Shown in pieces: positions 34,170-40,301 of a stretch of DNA of 40,301 nucleotides (the stretch's first letter is position 1; every line of letters begins with the position of its first letter). The position numbers and the translations under genes were made by a program. The stretch is from Candidatus Polarisedimenticolia bacterium (GTDB taxonomy: Bacteria; Acidobacteriota; Terriglobia; Acidiferrales; UBA7541): contig DATLWP010000292.1 in assembly GCA_035576265.1 (NCBI GenBank), positions 1-40,301 of the forward strand, read 5' to 3'. The notes beneath the pieces were generated by a model. It was given only the letters and a program-made list of their open reading frames with translations. It was not told the origin of the DNA and did not search any database.

Positions 34170-35114
34170 ATGCCCACACTTCTTGATTATCGGCGGCGCA
34201 TTCGCTCGGTGAAGAGCACGCAGCAAATCACCCGGGCCATGAAGTTTGTCGCGGCTGCGAAACTGCGCCGGGCCCAGGAGGGCGTGTTCGCGGCGCGGCC
34301 CTATGCCCGCGAAATCCTGCGCGTGCTGCGCTCGGCTGCGGCGCGGATGGAGCTGGCGGTGCATCCGCTGCTCGAGCGTCGGCCGGAGGAGCGGGTCCTG
34401 GTCGTGGTCCTCACGGGAGATCGCAGCCTCTGCGGAGCGTTCAACGCGAATGTGATTCGCCGCGCGACCGCCTTTCTCCATGAAAACGCCTCGAAAAATC
34501 CGCAAGTCGTTGCGATCGGCAAGAAGGGCCGCGACACGCTGCGCAAGCGCGGCTGGAAGCTCGCCGCCGAGTATCTCAATGTGTCGGCCAAGGTGGATTT
34601 CCTCGCCGCCAAAGACATCGCCGCGAAGATCGCGGAATTGTACGCCGCGCACGAAGTGGATGCCGTATACACCGTGTATAACGAATTTAAAAACGTCCTG
34701 GTACAAAAGCTGCGCACGGAAAAGCTGCTTCCCATCGATCCGGGCGTGTTGGTGTCGGAATTTTCGCAGTCAGGAGAAAGGCCGTCCGCCAGCGGAACCG
34801 GGCGCGGGGAAACGCTGCCGAAAGACCTCTCGCCCGCCGGAGATACCTTGCTCGTGGATTACATCTACGAGGAACCCATCCGCGAGATTTTCGACGCGCT
34901 GGTGCCGCGCTACCTTGAGTCCGAGGTCTTTCGCGTTCTGCTCGAATCGGCTGCGGCCGAGCACGCCGCCCGGATGACCGCGATGGATTCCGCCACGCGC
35001 AACGCGTCCGAACTGATTGATAAATTGACGCTCGAAATGAACAAGATTCGCCAGGCGGGCATCACCAAAGAGTTGATCGAAATTGTCAGCGGCGCGGCCT
35101 CAGCAACGTCCTAG
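34170..35114 (+). CDS. atpG: F-type ATP synthase subunit gamma (with an extra Ser/Gly/Pro-rich loop)
   Basis: RRRIRSVKSTQQITRAMKFVAAAKLRRAQ N-terminus and AAEHAARMTAMDSATRNA...ITKELIEIVSGA C-terminus. About 41 residues lie between LLPI and YIYEEP. Confidence 0.95.
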   Translation: MPTLLDYRRRIRSVKSTQQITRAMKFVAAAKLRRAQEGVFAARPYAREILRVLRSAAARMELAVHPLLERRPEERVLVVVLTGDRSLCGAFNANVIRRATAFLHENASKNPQVVAIGKKGRDTLRKRGWKLAAEYLNVSAKVDFLAAKDIAAKIAELYAAHEVDAVYTVYNEFKNVLVQKLRTEKLLPIDPGVLVSEFSQSGERPSASGTGRGETLPKDLSPAGDTLLVDYIYEEPIREIFDALVPRYLESEVFRVLLESAAAEHAARMTAMDSATRNASELIDKLTLEMNKIRQAGITKELIEIVSGAASATS

Positions 35115-35132
35115 CGCGCCCGGTAAAGATGA

Positions 35133-36596
<1,464 letters not shown>

Positions 36597-36625
36597 TCCG
36601 GGCGCGCCCGACCAGGATCGAACGA

Positions 36626-37060
36626 ATGCTACCCGAGACGATGGAGCTTCAAGTCGTGACCCCCGAGCGGCACGTGCTGCAGGAAAGCGTGCACGCGCTC
36701 GAGGTGCCTGGGAAGGAAGGCTATCTCGGCATTCTGCCGGGCCACGCACCGCTGATTACGGAGCTCGGCATCGGAATTCTGGCGTACCGCAAAGGCTCCG
36801 ACACTCGCTACCTCACGATCATTCACGGCTACGCCGAAGTTCTGCCCGACCGCGTCATCATCCTCGCCGAACTTTCCGAGCGCGCCGAGGAGATCGATAT
36901 CGACCGCACCCGCGCCGCCCGCGAACGGGCCCAGGCCGAACTTGCAAAGGCTGTCTCTGGGGACGCCGACTGGCAGCGCGCAAGCTTTGCGCTCGCGCGC
37001 GCCATGGTCCGCCTCCAAGTGGCTTCCCGGGGCGGCGCTGCGGCGGGAACACTTGAATAG
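36626..37060 (+). CDS. atpC: F-type ATP synthase subunit epsilon
   Basis: LQVVTPER...GILPGHAPLIT beta-sandwich signature plus a C-terminal helical hairpin. Alternative start at ATG 36641. Confidence 0.92.
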   Translation: MLPETMELQVVTPERHVLQESVHALEVPGKEGYLGILPGHAPLITELGIGILAYRKGSDTRYLTIIHGYAEVLPDRVIILAELSERAEEIDIDRTRAARERAQAELAKAVSGDADWQRASFALARAMVRLQVASRGGAAAGTLE

Positions 37061-37140
37061 CCTCGTCTCGCGAGGTTTGCAGCCCTTCCGCGCGCGACAA
37101 AATAGGTAGAATCCCCGCGCGGCGCAGGACATCAAATTCC

Positions 37141-37431
37141 ATGGCAGCTGTCTTATTCTCGAACGAAAAGGCGGAGATGGCGGGAGTTACGATTTACAGC
37201 ACGAACTGGTGCGGCGACTGCAACCGTGTGAAACAGTTCCTGAGCGAGCGCGGAGTAGCGTTCCGCGAAGTGAACATCGACGAAGTTCCGAATGCCGAAC
37301 AGCTTGTCCTGCGCGTGAACAACGGCCGGCGCAAGGTCCCCACCGTCGCGGTCGAAGGCCGTTATTTCGCCTGCAGCCCCTTTGATCCCTATCGTCTGGC
37401 CGAAGAGCTGAAGATCCCGCTCAACGTGTGA
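37141..37431 (+). CDS. Glutaredoxin-like/mycoredoxin-like small thioredoxin-fold protein
   Basis: VTIYSTNWCGDCNRVKQFL (CxxC) and the RRKVPTV block. 96 aa, with an alternative start at ATG 37177. Confidence 0.75.
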   Translation: MAAVLFSNEKAEMAGVTIYSTNWCGDCNRVKQFLSERGVAFREVNIDEVPNAEQLVLRVNNGRRKVPTVAVEGRYFACSPFDPYRLAEELKIPLNV

Positions 37432-37468
37432 AACACAAGAAGCGGCCCCGGGACCTGCCTTCTATCGT

Positions 37469-38797
37469 TCACTGCTGATATCTCTTCTTGTAGAAATCGA
37501 TCTGCTGCTGGATCTGCTCTTTCGTCAGTCCCTTGATCCATTTGTGATAGTCGGAGTTCATCACTTCGGCGGTGACGCCGGGCATCAACTGCTCCGCCTC
37601 GGGAACGAACTCGGTGTAGAAGTTCTTGGCAACCTCGTAGAATCCATGCCATTGGGTGTAGTCCGGTCCCATCATGGCCGTGCCCATCCGCGCGCGGCGG
37701 CCGGCGTGGTGCCAGAGTTCGAAATAGGTCCATTCGATTTTCTCGTCGAAAGGAGTCCTCGTGAGCTTATTGGCGGCGTAAAGGCTGTCCATGATGGCCT
37801 TGGCAGGCTTGGCGAATTTCTCGTTGTAGAGAGAGATGGTGCCTTCATACTGCTGGTAGAAATTCTCCACCCAGCCCGTGGCGTGGCAGTTCGAGCAGAC
37901 GTCCTTCATCGCAGCGCGTCGCTGTTCCCAGTTTTCGAGCCGGATGCTGATCACCGGGCGCAGCGTGTAGCTGATGCGGTCGCCGACATCGTGGGTGACC
38001 GCCTGATGAGAGGTCGCGCTCATGTGGCAGGTGGCGCACGTGGGCGCAGCCGAGTAATCCTTGCCGACGATCCAGGACTTCGAATCCAGGTTCATTCTCG
38101 CAATGTTCGCGCGGTATTGGATGCCGTGCTTGGACTCATTATAGATTTCGATCTGCGGATGGTCGGGACCCATGTGGCACTTCCCGCAATTCTCCGGTTC
38201 GCGCGCCTGCGCGGAGCTGAAGCTGTGGCGACCGTGGCACGCCGCACAGGTTCCCTTGCTGCCGTCCGGATTGACGCGGCCGATTCCGCTATTGGGCCAC
38301 GTGTCCGGATCGAATTTCCCATCGCTCACGTACTTCACCTCGCTGCCGTGGCACTGGCGGCAGCCACTCACAGCTGCGGGCCCGCCTTCCACAACCTCAC
38401 CGAGCATGTTGTCGAGCGAACCGATAAACTGCGCAGCGGCCGCATGATGGCTCTTCTCGAACTGAGCAACTTCCTTGGCGTGGCAGCGTCCGCAATAATT
38501 TGGCGTGACGATCACGGCGATCTTTCGCCCGTAGTGGTCAAATGTCGCGGGATCTTCGTCATTCGCCTGATGACACGAATAGCAATCCGTCCCGGCCTTC
38601 GCATGCGCGCTGGAACGCCATTGCTCCACGATGCCGGGCGTCGTAGTGCTGTGGCAGGCAACGCACGCCTGGCCCTCCGGCGATACCTTTGGAGCTTGGG
38701 AACCGGCGCGGGGCTTGGCCGGAGATAGCGATTGGGCTGAAGTTAAGACGCACAAGAGGAGTGCTGCAAGTAAACTTATGAAAAATGCCGGACGCAT
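37469..38797 (-). CDS. Octaheme c-type cytochrome of the hydroxylamine-oxidoreductase (HAO/eHao) family
   Basis: Signal peptide. Eight CxxCH motifs with the first Cys at residues 45, 72, 102, 146, 184, 204, 254 and 301. HAO-like blocks CHMGPDHPQIEIYNESKHG and WHHAGRRARMGTAMMGPDYTQWHGFYE. GGAGG RBS lies 6 nt upstream. Confidence 0.85.
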   Translation of the reverse strand: MRPAFFISLLAALLLCVLTSAQSLSPAKPRAGSQAPKVSPEGQACVACHSTTTPGIVEQWRSSAHAKAGTDCYSCHQANDEDPATFDHYGRKIAVIVTPNYCGRCHAKEVAQFEKSHHAAAAQFIGSLDNMLGEVVEGGPAAVSGCRQCHGSEVKYVSDGKFDPDTWPNSGIGRVNPDGSKGTCAACHGRHSFSSAQAREPENCGKCHMGPDHPQIEIYNESKHGIQYRANIARMNLDSKSWIVGKDYSAAPTCATCHMSATSHQAVTHDVGDRISYTLRPVISIRLENWEQRRAAMKDVCSNCHATGWVENFYQQYEGTISLYNEKFAKPAKAIMDSLYAANKLTRTPFDEKIEWTYFELWHHAGRRARMGTAMMGPDYTQWHGFYEVAKNFYTEFVPEAEQLMPGVTAEVMNSDYHKWIKGLTKEQIQQQIDFYKKRYQQ

Positions 38798-38917
38798 CGG
38801 TGACCTCCGCGGAATCCGAACGTTTGGACCACGCAGGCGGCACAGTTCGCCACCGGGCGATGGCCTTGGTTAAGGAAGGGCGTTGAGGGTTGCAGCGTGA
38901 CAACGGCTGCCAGATAA

Positions 38918-38946
38918 ACGATACTCTCGCTCCCGATTTGTTTCAA
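38918..38946 (-). promoter_or_regulatory. Sigma70-type promoter candidate for the octaheme cytochrome gene
   Basis: Read on the minus strand: TTGAAA (38946-38941), 17-nt spacer, TATCGT (38923-38918). It lies about 120 nt upstream of the start codon. Confidence 0.4.
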
Positions 38947-39001
38947 CCGGGTGGTCCGCTCTAGCGACTGCGCCGTTGGGGCTGGGACGACCGCTGGGGC
39001 T

Positions 39002-40192
39002 TCACGTGAGGCCGGCGCCGCGGGTCATGACACCTGCGACACGCAAGTCCGGTGTCAGCGCCACGAGATCCGCATCGGCCCCCACGGCGATGATGCCCTT
39101 CTTTCCGGCCAGGCCAAGGCGTCGCGCTGGCAGGATGGTGGCCATACGTATGGCCTCCCGGAGCGGCACTCCCAGCGCGACGACGTTGCGCAGCGCTCGA
39201 TCGAGCGTCAGCGTGCTTCCGGCAAGCTTTCCCTCGGAGTTGCGAGCGACGCCGTCTTTCACGGTCACCTCGCGGTTGCCGAGCCGGTAATTGCCATCTG
39301 GCATGCCGGTGGCAGCGATTGCGTCGCTCGCAAGAAGCACCGCGTCGAATCCCTTGCACCCGATAAGGACCTGGATTGCGGCTCCAGCCACGTGGACGCC
39401 GTCGGCGATGACTTCGGCGGTCACTTCCGGATCGGTCAGAATTGCGCCAACGACGCCGGGATCGCGGTGCGCAAACGGCCGCATGGCGTTGTAGAAATGC
39501 ACGGCGTGGCTCGCCCCGTCATGAATCGCTGCGCGCGCTTGATCGTAATCGGCATCGGTATGCCCGAGGGCTGCCACGATCTTGGCCGCCATGGCCGACT
39601 CGATCAATGGAATCGCACCGGGCAGTTCAGGCGCGAGCGTCAAAATCTTCACCAGCCCGTCCGAAGCCTTGAGAAATTTCTCTAGAACTTCCACCGAAGG
39701 TTTCGCAATGGCGTCCGGAGGATGCACCCCGCGGCGGGCCTTACTAATGAACGGCCCTTCGAGATGGATGCCGAGAATCTCGGCGGCGAGCCGACTATTT
39801 TCCGCAGTGTCGCCGGACTCTTCCTGCGCGCGAATGTAGCGCGCGATTCCTTCCAGGCTATGGCAGGTCTCTTCGACAGGTGCGGTGACGGTCGTGGCGA
39901 TAAAGGAAGTGGTCCCGTGGCGCGCGACGGCGGATGCGATACGGTCAAGCGCACGCGCGTTCCCTTCCATCACATCGTGGCCACCCGCGCCGTGGATGTG
40001 CACATCCACAAATCCGGGAACGACCGTCAGACCGGTGGCCACGTAATCGGCCGCGCCCGCAGGAACCCTAATTTCATCGCGATGTCCGAGAGCGGTAATG
40101 CGGCTCCCTTCCACGACGACGATGCCGTCGCTGATCTCTTCCTCCGGCGTCAGGATCCGGCTGGCATGTATGACGGTCGCGGACATAGTCAT
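39002..40192 (-). CDS. nagA: N-acetylglucosamine-6-phosphate deacetylase
   Basis: PGFVDVHIHGAGGHD and HLEGPFIS. The ALGHTDA and HFYNAM blocks are typical NagA amidohydrolase motifs. Confidence 0.9.
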   Translation of the reverse strand: MTMSATVIHASRILTPEEEISDGIVVVEGSRITALGHRDEIRVPAGAADYVATGLTVVPGFVDVHIHGAGGHDVMEGNARALDRIASAVARHGTTSFIATTVTAPVEETCHSLEGIARYIRAQEESGDTAENSRLAAEILGIHLEGPFISKARRGVHPPDAIAKPSVEVLEKFLKASDGLVKILTLAPELPGAIPLIESAMAAKIVAALGHTDADYDQARAAIHDGASHAVHFYNAMRPFAHRDPGVVGAILTDPEVTAEVIADGVHVAGAAIQVLIGCKGFDAVLLASDAIAATGMPDGNYRLGNREVTVKDGVARNSEGKLAGSTLTLDRALRNVVALGVPLREAIRMATILPARRLGLAGKKGIIAVGADADLVALTPDLRVAGVMTRGAGLT

Positions 40193-40232
40193 CCGATGCT
40201 ACCTGAACACGGGCGCGAAATCACAGCCGAGC

Positions 40233-40260
40233 TTGCATCCTGTTGCTACTTCGCTACAAT
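40233..40260 (+). promoter_or_regulatory. Sigma70-type promoter candidate facing the right window edge
   Basis: TTGCAT (40233-40238), 16-nt spacer, TACAAT (40255-40260). A GGAGG and then ATG at 40290 follow just before the window ends. Confidence 0.4.
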
Positions 40261-40301
40261 CGATTGTCGTTCGATTCGGAGGAAACTGGATGGCACACGA
40301 G

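Noticed and set aside
38930-38950. FNR/CRP-family site at the -35 region of the cytochrome promoter (minus strand, TTGAA-ACAA-ATCGG)
   Set aside because: It matches TTGAT-N4-ATCAA at only about 7 of 10 positions, with a poor right half-site. That is too weak to call without comparative support.
40290-40301. Start of a plus-strand gene (ATG 40290 after GGAGG)
   Set aside because: Only four codons lie inside the window, so it cannot be evaluated as a CDS. I noted only the upstream promoter candidate.

Overview
GC-rich bacterial chromosomal window. The gene content and protein style resemble Acidobacteriota-type soil bacteria, but that placement is only my impression. It is densely coding and mostly housekeeping. 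Left to right: (1) an accessory-looking catabolic cluster (1-8492): aldehyde dehydrogenase, two NTF2/SnoaL-like plus SDR gene pairs, a carotenoid/lignostilbene-type cleavage oxygenase, an MFS transporter and an ACMSD-type amidohydrolase/decarboxylase, followed by a convergent coiled-coil plus beta-barrel porin. (2) PBP1A, thiL, an M23 peptidase and a DsbA-like/MauE-DoxX pair. (3) A dnaK-(unknown ORF)-dnaJ-hspR operon whose near-consensus promoter overlaps a HAIR-like inverted repeat. (4) A DUF4242 protein, a DnaC-like ATPase and moaA, which is preceded by a candidate Moco riboswitch and an intrinsic terminator. (5) A DUF2203 protein, two paralogous small membrane proteins, an amicyanin-like cupredoxin lipoprotein and a ZnuCB-like metal ABC ATPase/permease with no binding protein. 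(6) A 484-nt non-coding gap (28145-28628) with four copies of a 12-26-nt direct repeat. (7) A DUF255 thioredoxin-domain protein and an F1Fo ATP synthase operon (b', b, delta, alpha, gamma, beta, epsilon; no a/c genes in the window). (8) A glutaredoxin-like protein, a stand-alone HAO-family octaheme cytochrome c and nagA. I see no cas genes, integrases, transposases, toxin-antitoxin pairs or recognisable defence genes. The least-explained sequence signal is the repeat-bearing gap at 28145-28628. Everything else is recognisable families in sometimes unusual arrangements. All family calls come from motif recognition by eye, with no database search. Many long ORFs in the track are antisense shadow ORFs typical of high-GC DNA and are not reported as genes.
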